Source of the DNA: an uncultured delta proteobacterium
GTDB taxonomy: Bacteria > Desulfobacterota > Binatia > UBA9968
DNA: 64,000 bases
Reading direction: 5' to 3'
NCBI GenBank assembly: GCA_963737905.1
Contig: CAVTUQ010000002.1
Coordinates: 320,001 to 384,000, forward strand
A program made the translations under genes and the position numbers. Numbering within the stretch: position 1 is the first letter of the stretch; every line of letters starts with the position of its first letter. Under the pieces are notes generated by a model, which was given only the letters and a program-made list of their open reading frames with translations, did not search any database and had not been told where the DNA came from. Shown in pieces: positions 48,287 to 61,156 of this stretch.

Positions 48287-48761
48287 GGCTTGATCCTCCT
48301 AAAAGAGTCGCCCGACTATCGAGCTTTGCGAAGACTCTACTCCGGCACGGATCGCAGTGCAACACATAAACTCGTCCGGGGAGGACGAGCGCCTCGCGCT
48401 GGAGAAAAATTCGTTTTAAAGAAACATGCCGTTATGTATACGCGAAATAAGCGTCTCCTGCCAAATTAGATTGTACTGGCTTCCATTCCTGATTCGCCTT
48501 AGGTGGATCGCGTTGGTGCGTCAGCAAGTGAGACGTGGAGAGGGAGCTTTTCCTGGATCTGGAGCAAAGGTGAGGTGGCTCGACTAAACCCGAGGCACAT
48601 CAACCTGAGCTCCTCTCCTACCGAAGAGAATATTGCCGAGGTGATTGACAAATAACTTACAATTCAGGCCCAGTCTCTACAACTGAGGTTGAGAGCCGGC
48701 CAGGAATGCCACCACGTCGGCGTCTCGAGGTCGGGAGCGCATCAGAGCTTGACAGGACATT

Positions 48762-51700
48762 TTAGGATGCCGCCTCAGTGGAACCTTCGGCAGGTAAAAA
48801 GCAAGGCAACGAAAATTCAATGCCGGTTTCTTCCGCGTGGCTAAATCCAAATCTTTTCAGGATCGGGGCGTCCGAACCGATGTCACGCTTGAATTCGAAG
48901 TTTAAGCGATAAATTCCATCACCCAATTCACTGAATTCGGCATCTCCGGTTCTGACGAAAATGAACGCTCTGGTACCGTCCTGACTTCTAATAATATTTG
49001 AATCCAGTTCATTGAACCCCGCATTCGAGAAGATCAGTCGCGTGTGCAAGGTTTCATCAGCCGCATCTTTAAGCCTTATCACGGTTCCGGCGGCATCGAG
49101 CGTCCTGGTTTGGTGATCGGCATAAAGATTGACATGCTCATTTTCGTCAGAAGACGTTGGCTCAGAGCCGTTATAAATCCTGATGAGGGTGCCGGCGAGA
49201 TACACGCTGTTTTCAGGGAACCGGTAATACTCTTGGTAAGTTTTCTCTTCACCAGCGGATATCGGTAGATACTCGACCGTGTATCCCGAAAGATCGGTCG
49301 TCACCAGAACTAGAATATCGATCCACTGGTTATTATAAGAAATGTTAATTTCGCGCGGAATGCCAATGTTTTCAACGCTGCCATCGATGATTTTCACGAC
49401 GTGATCAACTTCTTCTATGGCATCACCGCGATTGTCAAACAAGATTTTCAGCTCGGTTCTACTCCAATCCAAAGGCTCGGGGCTTTCCAACAGTAAGCCG
49501 TAGGACTGATGCCGATCATTCATTAAGGCGACCTCGATCCGCTCCGGCAGGGGTCTGGGATTGAGGTCGAACAGCGACATGAGCTGTTCAAATTTAACCG
49601 ATTCGTCCTCCGAATTGGTTAATATTTGCTGCAAAACGTCTGCATCAATTTCGTAATCAGGGTTTTGGATCAGACTAAAATGATTCCAGATTGCGTCCTG
49701 AAACGAGTGGATATGATGCAAAAAGTTCGAATATCTGGAGGTCAAGAACGCAAACTCGTACACGGCGGTATCTCCTGCCATAACATGAGCTCGGTACTGA
49801 GCACGCGGGTTTAGCAACAGGTCCCTTGAAAAAGCAAGGGTCTCTTTGTTTGTCTCAGTTGAGACGCCGGTCATAGTAACGCACCAGCTGTCGTTGAGTA
49901 TGTCCTCGTAACGCGTTTCTTCTCTGGTCAGTGAACGTTCAGGGTTATCGCCCCAGAGGTTAAAAAATTGCAACTCATCACCTGCGGCGTTCAAGACAAG
50001 CAGATTATTGTTATCCAATAGCTTGATGCTGATCGGGAGATCCGCCATCTGATACATCTGATCTATATAGGAATCGTTGTAAACCACCCCAATGTCGTAT
50101 GAACGGTAAATGTAAGACTGTGCCTCATCGGCCGTGGCACCGGCTGGGATGGTGTAGTCGACGTACGCGCCCAGGTCGCTTAACGGCCCATCCAGATCAT
50201 AGCGGGCGATATCGTCTACTTCGGTTTGCGTTGATGCAGGAGGTCCGGGAGGATTGCCGGTCTTGAAGAACATGTATTCGATAAATTCCTGTTCTTGCCA
50301 ACCGCCGCCATTTTTGCGCCTGCTGGCAGCTGTTTTGATCTCTAACCGGTAATACTTGTTCGGCGTAAGAATCTGTGCAGTATGCTTACCCCAATTCTCT
50401 TCCAGACTGTCTTGTAAATGAGTATTCAAGCCGCTGTTGTATTCATAGGTGTCCTGCGCTTCTTCGGTTACTCCACAAACACGGATAATATTAAACCGGC
50501 CCAGCAACAGAAACGAGCGGAAGGGTTCGCCACCGAAACTGAGCGTTACGGGACGAACTTCGTTATCCGGCAGGTCATCCGGTATATCAAATTCGATTTG
50601 CTGGATTTCGGTGTTTTCCCGGTCATACAAGTAGATGCTTCCCTGCGAATTCTTCGACAGATGTACGTCTGCTTTCACTACGTCTTCCGGCATGGTTACC
50701 AAAATATTGGTGGTACCGACCGCGTGATGTACGGGATAGCAGATCTCAATGATTCGAATACCCTGCCCTAGAATTCCTATCTTTCTGATGGGCTCGATGG
50801 CAGATTCCAGCTTATAAACAACGGCACCATTGACTTTACGGCCTTCGGTTGACAGCGCCCGATCTACTACATTGCCATCTTCGTCAAAAGCGTAAAGAAA
50901 TGGATCGGGCGGATCATTCACTATACAGGTAATCCAAACCTGGTGCGGTATGCCTTCAAATGACGCCTTCGGGAAATGGATAAAGACGGGAATAATCCCG
51001 TTATTGAGGTCAAGCGATGATTGATTAATAAACAGTTCAATATTTCTCTTTGAATATTCGTCGGTAAACTTGAGATAGGAGTTATAACCGATACCTGCGG
51101 TGATCAAAACCTCATTGATCACCTTCAGATTAATCTCTCCGGTAATCTCCTGCGCTTTTATGTTCAAGCATTCGATGGTTTGGTAACCATCCGCGTTATT
51201 CAATCCTTTTCGCGTGCCTAACCACGGTGCCAGGTATCCATGGACGACCATGGGGAAAGGAGAAGTAAAAATAAACTCATCCTGCACCAGCGTGGCGTAA
51301 TATTCTCCGATCTCACGGTCTTCAAAGTCTGCACAAATCTCCTCTTCGATGATTTCTCCGGTACAGGGGTAATTGGGATGATAAACGTCCAACAATGCAA
51401 ACCATATGTCATTTTTCTTCCAGCAGCCTGGAGATCTCGAAAGGAGTGGATGCATTCAGAACCAGTTTTGTGTTGACGATTCCGTCCGTATTCGGGACCG
51501 CCTGCCAGCAACCGGTCAGAGCATAATCACCTTGATTGTTTTCCGGCAAATAGTTTTCCCAAGCTCCGTCGTCGACATTTTCGTTCCAAGCGTCACGATA
51601 TTGCAGCGTCACGGTCTTCAGTTCGTACTTGAAGTCGTACTCACCCACACTTTCATAGTCAGTTATGATGGAAGGGTTAGCTCCGACTAGGTTACTATCA

Positions 51701-54370
51701 ATGACCGGCTTGTCGAAATTTAATACAAGGTACACATCCGGGGTTACAACCGGGACCTTCGGAATAGCGGTAGGAACTTCTGCTCCTGAATAGAGTCCGT
51801 CAACATCAATGACGTATTTACTGTATTTGGGTATGTCCCAGTTTTTGGTTACCTTGCGGTGTTCGATACCGAGAGAGAACGAAAGGGGAACCGGGAAACG
51901 TGGCTCATCCGTTTTCTCCCACTTCAATCTAATTGTCGCCTTGGGCTTACCAAGGGGCGTTTTGAGTTGAACTTGTAGATAAGCAAAAATATAGAGCGGC
52001 TTCGGCACTTCGACGGTAACGTTGGCTTCGACAGAAATCCCCAGGCTGACAATGCTCGCGCTGAGTTCCGCATTTCCATAGAGTGTCACGGAACCTCTCG
52101 CCTGAAACGGCATAGCGCTCACTCCCAGTTCGCCACCCATCCAGGCCTCGAGAACGACGCGCAAGATGCCGTACTTCTTATCCAGTCCGTAGCCGATCCA
52201 GGCGCCCATCAGCAGACCTTTGTTGTCCAGCATCAGGTAGGTCTGGGCTGTAAAAAAATTGAGGATATCTGCCCGGATCCTTTTTGATTCCGGTCTGTTC
52301 TCACCCAGGTAGAGATGCCAGCTACTGGGATCGGCGGCGCTAAAATAGGCCTCGGCAGCACCGGCAACATCCAGCAATTCACCGCTATCTTTGGGGAATC
52401 TATAGGATGCAGAGATGTTCATCAGGAATGTTCCGGCTCGGGGGTCAAAGACCGCCAATACCCGCAGGAGAAAATTCTCACTGACCGAAAGGATACCGGC
52501 ATGACCTTCGATCAAGAGCACAGGGCCTGGGATGAGTATGACAAACAACGCTTTGGCTTTTACTGCAAACTTCACATCGGGAAGGGTTCCCACGGTGAGT
52601 CCCGCGCCGAATGCCATGGCGTCTTTTTGTTTGATCGACTTGCCGGTAGAGGCTGGCATCAGTTAGATCGGGTCGATTGGCTGCATCCTCATAGTCAATG
52701 AGCGCCTGATAGTCGAGAGTCATATTCTGACCGTATAAACCGGCCAAACCATATAGTCCGAGAACGGGCGGCCCCAGCGGGATGCCGACGGGAAGGTCGA
52801 GGCCAACAGCGATGTAGAAGTAATTAAAATCGGGCTGTTTACCGGTTATGAACTGAGCATCCACTCCCAAATTGACCGGGATCAGATTCAGGTTTACGCC
52901 ACCACGGAATTCCTTGATGTATTCGGGTTCTTCTTCGTCAATGAAATAAACCGATCCGTCAAAAGTGAGCACATTTTTGATCTCGAACTGGAGATAAACG
53001 CCGCCAATCTTAAGCTTGAACTCCCCATCCCCAGCCCACATGATCTTGAGTCCTTCCACACCACCGCGTAAAGGAAGCGATTCGATAATCTGAATCCCGC
53101 CTGAGAAACCAATCCATTTGAACAGCTTGCCCTCCAGCTCGTCGCTGCCGAATCCCAACTTGGCGATCTCCACTTTAAAGCCATGGAAGTCCAGAGCTTT
53201 CTGGTCAGGTAACTCTATCCACCCCCCCTCGACTCTAACTGTTCCATCCGAACCGATTGTTAATCCTTTCAATTCGAAAGACGGCCAGTCGAGTCCGGCA
53301 AGCAAGGGTGTTACTTTGCCCGTAAGCTTGAACGCATACTCATTTCCTTCCTTGATGAATTCGACGCTGCTAACTTCGATGGAGACGACATTGTCTTTTT
53401 CCAGTACCAGCAATCCGTCGTTTGAAGCGAGAGTGACGGTAAAGTTGCCGTCGTTAATCAATCCAACTTCGACTTCCAGCGCTTCTTCGAAGAATGGCAG
53501 CTGGAGGAAGCCGGCGATGTTTCCCAAGACGATTGTGTTTTGTTTCAATTCGATCCCAACGCTTGTGGTTCGGAATTGAAATCCAAAAATATCGCCGGAC
53601 TTCTCATCGAAGGGGTTTTCGGGATCATCCGGCGTCCAATTGCCCGTAACCCTGCCGCAGAAGCCCCCGGAGCCGATGAAGAAATCTTCGAGCGTCACAT
53701 CGTCGGGCACAATACCCTTTAGCCCCTCGGGAAAGTGGATGATGCCATGCTCACGAAACTCGGCGGGCCAATCGGACGAAAAACCCTGGCAGTGCTCGCT
53801 CTTCTCGCAGAAAGGATTAGCTTAAGAGCAGTCACTTCATATAATGATACCGGTATCGCCTATCATGAACGGTTGAATCGTCAACGCAGGCGCGCCATCC
53901 GCAAACGTGAAAGCAAACTCGCCGTCGGAATTGAAACTTACCTCCGCGCCGTTAATGGCAATTTCGATAGGTGGCGGCTCTCCCGTGACAGGATCCGGTG
54001 GTGCTTCCACATAGTTGCCATCAAGCTTCTCCATCCGTTCGAACAACTCAGTTGAGACTCGCAACGCGACAGACAGGTTGCTAAGGGTAACGTCGAACCG
54101 GTCTCCGAAGTAACCAAATTCGAATTGAAACTCGGTATAATCGCCAGTGCTCAGCCAAGCCAATGACAGACCCGTTATCAATGGGAGATCAAATTCAATA
54201 CTCTCGAGTATCTGGAGGGTACCCTTTGCGACAAGGAGCTCGGAGCCCAAGGCAGTCGTTTCAAACTCTGGTAGTCCGATCGAATCGATTTGAGCTGGGA
54301 CGCCTAAGACGTTGCTCGGCCAGCCGGGCAGGAGAAATTTGACAGGCACAAAGTGGATCAGATCAGCCAC
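48762..54370 (-). CDS. giant (~1870 aa) protein with a beta-rich N-terminal half (DUF6603-like), split by several indels
   Basis: Consecutive ORFs 53837-54370, 52478-53710, 51409-52659 and 48762-51455 abut or overlap in shifting frames; motifs GIPLG...GLYGLAGLYG, FGAGLTVGTLPD, PGPVLLIEG, WHLYLG. Confidence 0.65.
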
Positions 54371-54479
54371 TGACGTATCCTATTTTCAAGAACCCCATAA
54401 ACTTCTGCGTCGATACTACCGCTTGTCAAGAATTGCCAGCCATCCCAGATGAATCCTGTTCGAATAATCGGAGTTCATG

Positions 54480-56411
54480 TTAACGCACCTGGTCGGCATA
54501 ACGATTGTAGATTCTCGCCTGTTCCACGGAAATCAGTCTTCCTCGGTTAGGGGATTTCCCAGGAGCCATCAGATTGCCGCATAGTCGGTGATCGCCGTTG
54601 GTGCAGGTATCATGGGCGAAGTGCTCGGCGCCGCCAGTACAAAAAAAATCTCGTGCATCGCCGATGAAACTCAGACTTATCCAATGTCCCAACTCATGCA
54701 CCACCGTTTCCGCAACCGAAAAAAGATCCCCCTCATAGGAAGGATCAACCGCGGCGACGTTTACAAAATTGACTCGCCATAACTGGCCTAAGTCAGGCTT
54801 GGGATGAAAGGATTCACCCAACAATGTTCCTTCCTCCCGCAATTCCCAGCTAAAGACGAAATTACAATCTCCATACTCCGGAGTATCCGTAATATGCTTA
54901 TGCACTTTGTCCAATCCATAGCTCCAGACAGTGCCGGCTTCAAGCACCTCTCCCAGGTCGTCTTCGAAGGGGAGCGGATGCAGGACAACACCGTTTTCTT
55001 CAACTGGAGCGATATATACGTTGGCTTGCCTTCCAAGGATGTAATTGGCTATTTCAACCACTTGGCGAAGCTGAGCGTCGTTGATATTCGCCGTCCGAAA
55101 GTTGTCTGACAGTTGATGAAATCGGATCGGAATCTGCTTGAATTCCAAGAAGACCAGATTGAGTCTCATAATATCAATTGAAGCCCCAGTGTCCGGGTCG
55201 AGTGTGGTGACCGTTACGATGAGCTCATCCGGACTCATCGGTGTTGCCTGAAAGCTAATAAGTTCCTCCGTATCTGACAAGGACATCTGCTCAACTAGCA
55301 CGTGAGCAGAGTCAAAACCTGCCACCGTTAGAGGCGTGGGTAGGGGCTTTAGCAATCGCAAACCCGTGATCCCATAATCCACCGGAAGTGCGGTACCATT
55401 GACGTCGGAGGACGGAAGCTTTTGAATGACAAGCGCAGCTGGATGCTGGTCCGGATCAATCGCAATCGAGTGATAAGGAGGAGTTTCGCTAAACGGAAAG
55501 GGCAGCTGTTGTAACTGCAATTTGTATCGTCCCGAAAACGGTGACCCTTCTAGAAAGACATAGTCTACATAGGTAGCCTCCACGGGAAAACCAGTAAGAA
55601 GAGAAATCATGGGATGACCCTCATGATCTGGCAATCGTGTTCGATAGGTAAAAAAAGTCTTGACAGCTTCTTCGTTTTCAGCCCAACCGTCGAGGTCAAA
55701 AAATAGGCTCAGTCTCTGTGGTGCCGTAACGTTGGACGTGTCAGCCCTGGTCGTACCCAGGACTGCGCCACCCTGTACAATAATAGTGGCTTCTGGGTAC
55801 TCCAGAAATAAATCGTCATAATACGCATCCGTCCAAGACTTGGAGCCCGTGTACGTGTGTCCGGTGACTGATTTGTGAAGATCATCAAAGAAATTAACAT
55901 CATGAAAGGTTTCGATCTGTGTTTTCAGTGATGCTTGGTCAAGATCGAGGTTCAGATAGACGGCTTTTGTTAAAAAGGGTGCGAACTCAGGGTGAAAACT
56001 TCGCCAATAACTACGCGAGGATGGCAATGGCTCAAGGACGATTATGTCTTCATCCGGTACCGCAGAACCAAGTAAGTAGGGATAAGACTGGCCGCGTCTA
56101 AGGTAATACAGATAACCGCTGGTAAGCGCATAAACCGTCTGAGGTTGGTCTGTAGAGACCGTAAATCGGTATTCCGTAAAGGTATCGCTACCGAATAGAC
56201 GAGGCACGACCGTTAATTGCATCTGCTCGAGTTTCGACTTGTAGTAAGCCGAGGTGACTGAGTAATAGTTGTTGCTGTTGGCGGTCGAATCGGGTTCCAC
56301 CATCGGCATCGTATCGTAGCCACGTCGATCGCCGGAAGCTTCTTGCCTCAAAGGAGGGTATGCTAGTCGATTATCGTCAGATACAAGAAAAAGTAAGAAA
56401 GGTAGCGACAT
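54480..56411 (-). CDS. 643-aa protein with a C-terminal metzincin-like zinc protease domain
   Basis: VVHELGH motif, downstream His residues and NLMAP Met-turn; RBS GAGGA; no clear signal peptide. Confidence 0.72.
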   Translation of the reverse strand: MSLPFLLFLVSDDNRLAYPPLRQEASGDRRGYDTMPMVEPDSTANSNNYYSVTSAYYKSKLEQMQLTVVPRLFGSDTFTEYRFTVSTDQPQTVYALTSGYLYYLRRGQSYPYLLGSAVPDEDIIVLEPLPSSRSYWRSFHPEFAPFLTKAVYLNLDLDQASLKTQIETFHDVNFFDDLHKSVTGHTYTGSKSWTDAYYDDLFLEYPEATIIVQGGAVLGTTRADTSNVTAPQRLSLFFDLDGWAENEEAVKTFFTYRTRLPDHEGHPMISLLTGFPVEATYVDYVFLEGSPFSGRYKLQLQQLPFPFSETPPYHSIAIDPDQHPAALVIQKLPSSDVNGTALPVDYGITGLRLLKPLPTPLTVAGFDSAHVLVEQMSLSDTEELISFQATPMSPDELIVTVTTLDPDTGASIDIMRLNLVFLEFKQIPIRFHQLSDNFRTANINDAQLRQVVEIANYILGRQANVYIAPVEENGVVLHPLPFEDDLGEVLEAGTVWSYGLDKVHKHITDTPEYGDCNFVFSWELREEGTLLGESFHPKPDLGQLWRVNFVNVAAVDPSYEGDLFSVAETVVHELGHWISLSFIGDARDFFCTGGAEHFAHDTCTNGDHRLCGNLMAPGKSPNRGRLISVEQARIYNRYADQVR

Positions 56412-56425
56412 TGTCTTTCCTCTAT

Positions 56426-59400
56426 TTATTGGGCAGGACCAATGACAATCGAAGAGTCTGTTTTCGAAGTAAGTCCGCTATAGGATTTCGATTTTGCCGT
56501 GTACGTGTAAGTGCGATTTTGAAGCAGCGTTGGATCGAGAAAATACCTTTTATCTTCAACGTCGAGCGGTGAGCCCGATATCCAATCGCCACCGCGGGAC
56601 GAGATGATCAACCCGGCGAGCTTCAGAAGTGTTCTACCAGATAACTGGCTAGCCATACAAGCCTTATGGCTGGTAGCGGATTAGTCGCTCCTGTCAGGTC
56701 CGCATCCCACTCATATACCGTACCGTCGTCGTCCACATAGACCCACCCCGAATTTTCTTCATCCCACACCGGCGGTTCCGGCGGCGTGCAGATCATAGCT
56801 GCGATGGTGCCCGGCTGAATCTCGACCCGAGTTGCTTGCCGTGCATCCAGCCCTGCCGCGCCCAATCCGTAATAGTACGGTAGCCTTGGTAGGACGATGT
56901 TATCGATGAATTCAAACTGCTTCTGAGGCAAGGGGTCTGTAACTTCTACGGTATAAGTATCTATATCATTAGCCTTAAGTAGCTCCATCCGGCGCCAGTC
57001 TTTGGCTTTCTTCTTGTCCGGCGATCGAAAAGCAATAACTCGATATCCCGCCCGGGATTCTTCGCCCACTTGATCGTAATCCGGTTTTCTCTCCTGAAAT
57101 AGAGGTGATGACCGGTTCGGGTGGCACTGCGGTTTTCGGAATCTCAACCGGAGGCGTCGACAAACTTAAGACGCTTTGCAAGCCGTTCGTGTCCACCGCT
57201 TTTATTGCATAGAAATAGCGGTTGCTGCTTTGTCCATTCAGAGTTTGATCAACATATAACAATATGTTCGCGGGGTCAGGCGTATAGACCGGTCCCCGCA
57301 CCGGGTCGGGAATCTCAGTAATTCGGTCTTCATATAGAGGATCTTCTTCCTGTATGGCCTCTTCGTTTATCTTGGTGAACGCATTTACGTTGTCCGGCAG
57401 GCTGGCCAGTATTTGCAATTGACCGGGATCAAGCGCTGCGTAATGCGAAGCGATTAGTTTTGGATCTGTTTCATACGGAATATCCTCGATCACATCGACA
57501 TCTGCCGGATCAAAGTTCGAGTAGTTGTTTTTGAACTGCTCGTAGACGGTGAGATTCCGGATCGGCCGTAATGCGTTGTCTACACGAAACAAGGTCTCAT
57601 CTAATGCGCGGAAGACGTGGTACGTCACGCCGGTATTTGTTTTTCTCCAGCGGAGAGCAAATGATGACTTGCCGTGAACATTGGCTCGCGTGGCTTTTAA
57701 GGTTTGAATCGGTGTATCCGGCAATGGCGCAAAAACCGCGGGAGCAGCAGGCTTTTCGCGGTAAACCGCCATAATCGTCGAGGCTGTGGAAACACTGCCG
57801 AGCACATCACCGACAAAAGAGTTGACGCCGATCTGGGCATATCTCACTTTGTTGACGTCAGTGGCCTCTATGACCGGATTCGGAAAATCCGGATCTTCGA
57901 TGTAGACGCTATAGTTATCTCTGGAATCTTTCGGCTCTTGATGAGTGATGCGATTATCCGTCCAGCGCTCCGGGTTTTTGTAGTTGATGAAAAATTCTTT
58001 GTCGGGAGTAACAGCGATGCCGAAGCCTTTGCCTTTCAAAGGAACATCGGCCAGTTTCAATACCCAAAGCGAGGGCTCTGACTCACCGTCGTTTTTCAGA
58101 ATCAAAAAGCTGTGATTTCCCTGGGTGATCCAGCACAAGCGGAAAGCGTTTTAAGAAGGATGTCTCTTTCTCTATTTCCTCTCGTTATGGGAATCGGTTC
58201 ATGCAACGGAGGCGGATATACGTCCAGCGAAATCCGGTATCTATAAACCGGAATATCTTCGGGCGTTTCCTCAAGTAGCGCATACTTCTCAAGTTCTCTC
58301 CGGCTGAGGTTCAGGCTCGTTTTTGTCAGAACTCTTTCGACCGGCTCAGTCACAATCATGCCGGTATAGGTATTTAACCATCCCTGCTTGAAGTAAACAT
58401 TGAAACCTTCCACGTCGGGGGCCTGGAGCCGTAAATTTTCCGGCCATTTCCAACGGACGACAATGGCATTTTTTCTGTTCGCTCGAAGCCAGGCTTTGTC
58501 AACGTTGTTAATCGTAGAGTCGGCACACGAGTCTTCCGAAGGATTATATGTGCCATACTCGAGGAATTGAGCCGCAACATCGATAGGGGGAGGCGGTCTA
58601 GGAGGGGTCAACTCATACGTTTCAAACTCGTTGAACTCACTTTGCCGGCCAAAAAGGTCAATGGCAGCAATTCGGTACTGGTTCACGGTTCCTATTGTAA
58701 TCGCATCCGTATAATACTGCCGCTCATTGGGCCATCCGATGGGAATGTTGCGCTCGCTACTTTCTGTGACCGTAGGGTCGACAAAGCCCGTGAATGTTGT
58801 GCCGCAACAGCTGCCGGCGTTACCTGTTTGCGCTCGATGTGATATAAAATCGGTGCTATAGAAATCAGCTCCTTCTCCGGGTCTTCGTTCACATCCCATC
58901 TTAATCCGGCAAGATAGGGGTTTTCGGTAACATTTCCATCCTGATCCGTAACCGTGCCGCCGGCGAGAAACGATGCTGTTAACCCGGTAGGCGGTGTGAG
59001 GGGCAAGTGTGTATGTTTAAATACGCCGCATATTATGTAGTCTTGCAGTCCCACCGGATAGGGATCGAAATCGTAATGGATGCGGCAAAGAATTGCATGG
59101 GATGCATGGATGTTGATGTAGTCAATTTGCTCCGCCCGCAGGCGCAACATACCCCGTTCCAGGGATAGAACTTGCCGATCCACCCAAGCTGAAAAAAGAT
59201 GTTTGTAGGCTTCTACGACAACTTGGTTCCCCGCCGTGAAATCGGGGTTTACCATTACCAGTTGCACCTCTGTGACCGGTTTTAAGAAATTGATGACGAC
59301 GGGTAGGTTTTCCGTTGTGACGTCCAAGCCCAGCTCGGTTCTGAAAAGCGGATAGGCTGATTCGACGATCTGGGGTTGTCTTGGGGCATAAAGAACAACG

Positions 59401-60492
59401 TGGTCGTCCAGCTTGCTTATGAGAAAGAAGGTCTGCCCGATTTCGTAATCATCGAATGTGATTTCATGATCGAGCCTTCGTTTGTTCCATTCAGGCCAAT
59501 CTGAGGTTATCTTGTAATCATAATAAGCATCGTTATCCGTATCCTTGTCCACGAAATACAAATCCAGCACTCTGGCAAAAAATACGTGTAAACTCTGAGC
59601 CAGAAGAAAATCGTACTTGGAGAGCTCCATCGTTTCATCGCTAGCCTCATCATCGTTGGGGAACAGCGTCCAGCCAACGGGCACACAGTGCCACCATTGT
59701 CCATGTAACCAAAGACGCTTTCAGTTCGAGGAACCCTGCCGCCGTTATGGGGCTATTCGCCACCCTCAGATAGCCCAGCCTGCACAGAGCGGTTGCCAGA
59801 TCTCTGCCTATGATTGATGGATAAACATCGTTTACATAATCCGTTCCTTCCTGATTGACGGGTAAACCGCATCCGCAAAGCTGGTTGATCCGCTCCCAAG
59901 GTCCCTTCTCTACACAAGTCCAACCTGCGAGGTGTACCAGCTTAATAGCGGCTCCGCGCAGCACGATTCCGGTTGCATTTGGGGCGTCAAACGAAATGTT
60001 TTGTAAGCCTGTGACAGTACCCTGAACATCATAGGGGTAAAAGGCGGCGTCTTCCGAAAGCGCCTTGATTTTGAATTCGGAGTTCCGTTCAAGTAAGAAT
60101 CTCAGTTCTATCCTTGAAACAGCCTTTGAAAAAAGGAAGGTAATTTCTCCGTCTATAGGAATGACTCCAACCGTAGAACCATCCTCCAGGGTCTCGTACT
60201 GAAGCCCAATTGAATCAACCTCCTGTTCATCAATTTTTGCCGAAACAATCTTGAATTCGAAAACCGTATTCTGATGTAGTTGAAACGTATAAGGGATAGG
60301 CAGCACTTGCACACCTGCCCTGGCGACCGGGAAGACATATTTGTTGTTGAGATCGCTCTCCCGCCGATAAAGCTTGAAGCAATCGGGAAAGCCGAGTTTA
60401 TCATTGAACGACCAGCGCAGATGGATTCCTTCTTCAACTCCATCCAATCCTTTCGTACCAAAACCAATCATTTTCAGATATTGCATTTTCAT
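56426..60492 (-). CDS. giant (~1350 aa) fibronectin-III/Ig-like multidomain protein, split by several indels
   Basis: Six overlapping ORFs; FN3-like motifs PPTGLTA...LRW, YRIAAIDLFGRQS, YHVFRA, YFYAIKAVDTNG..S..S, YTYTAK....G..S. Confidence 0.62.
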
Positions 60493-61156
60493 TGATCGCG
60501 CCTACTCCGATTCACGACTTGCCGACACTTCTGTACTTTGTCTATGTAAGGCGTTTGTATCCTCAAAGCTTGCAACCAATCAAGGGAATGTATCTATATT
60601 CCTGCTTGAATCTTGTGTACTTTGCCGCGGCTAGTTCCTAGCTGAGGATTTTTTATTTTGGCACTGTTCACTTCTTCTGGACGAGATGAGTATACGAGTA
60701 GTGGAACAGGTTGGACCAACCGTAACGGCGGCACAGACAATTTTTAAGTGCCACCGCCTCGGCGCGTGCCGATAGGTCGGCACACTCTCTTTCGTCACGA
60801 CATCCTCAATCCCAAATCGATCTAGTCGCCTTCTTGAACCCTACTCCTTGCAGTCACTCTTTCAACGTCGATATCCTGGCATCAGTCGTGGGCTTACAGG
60901 ATTAGAAATTAGAGAGGAATCCAATAAAGATCAGAATTTTAGGGTTAGCAGTGTCGGTTTTGACGTGAACAATGCCCCGCCCCTGTGGGGGCATCAAATG
61001 TAAAGAAGCGTTAGAACCACGCGCTCCAGTCCCCGCCTCCTGTTGGCTCACGCCAGGTAGATCCGCGTATCCCGCGAATTGCCGGTTTGGTGTTTGTGCC
61101 GTGGTCGCCATCATCGCACACGTTTCTCCTTTCTCAATCCTCCCGCCCCGCCGTCA

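Noticed and set aside
28024-60492. Programmed frameshifting or mass pseudogenisation in nthB, capA, cupin, SBP, HD and the giant genes
   Set aside because: Scattered single-base indels, some in short homopolymers, in otherwise intact genes are best explained by sequencing error. Real decay of the giant genes cannot be excluded without reads.
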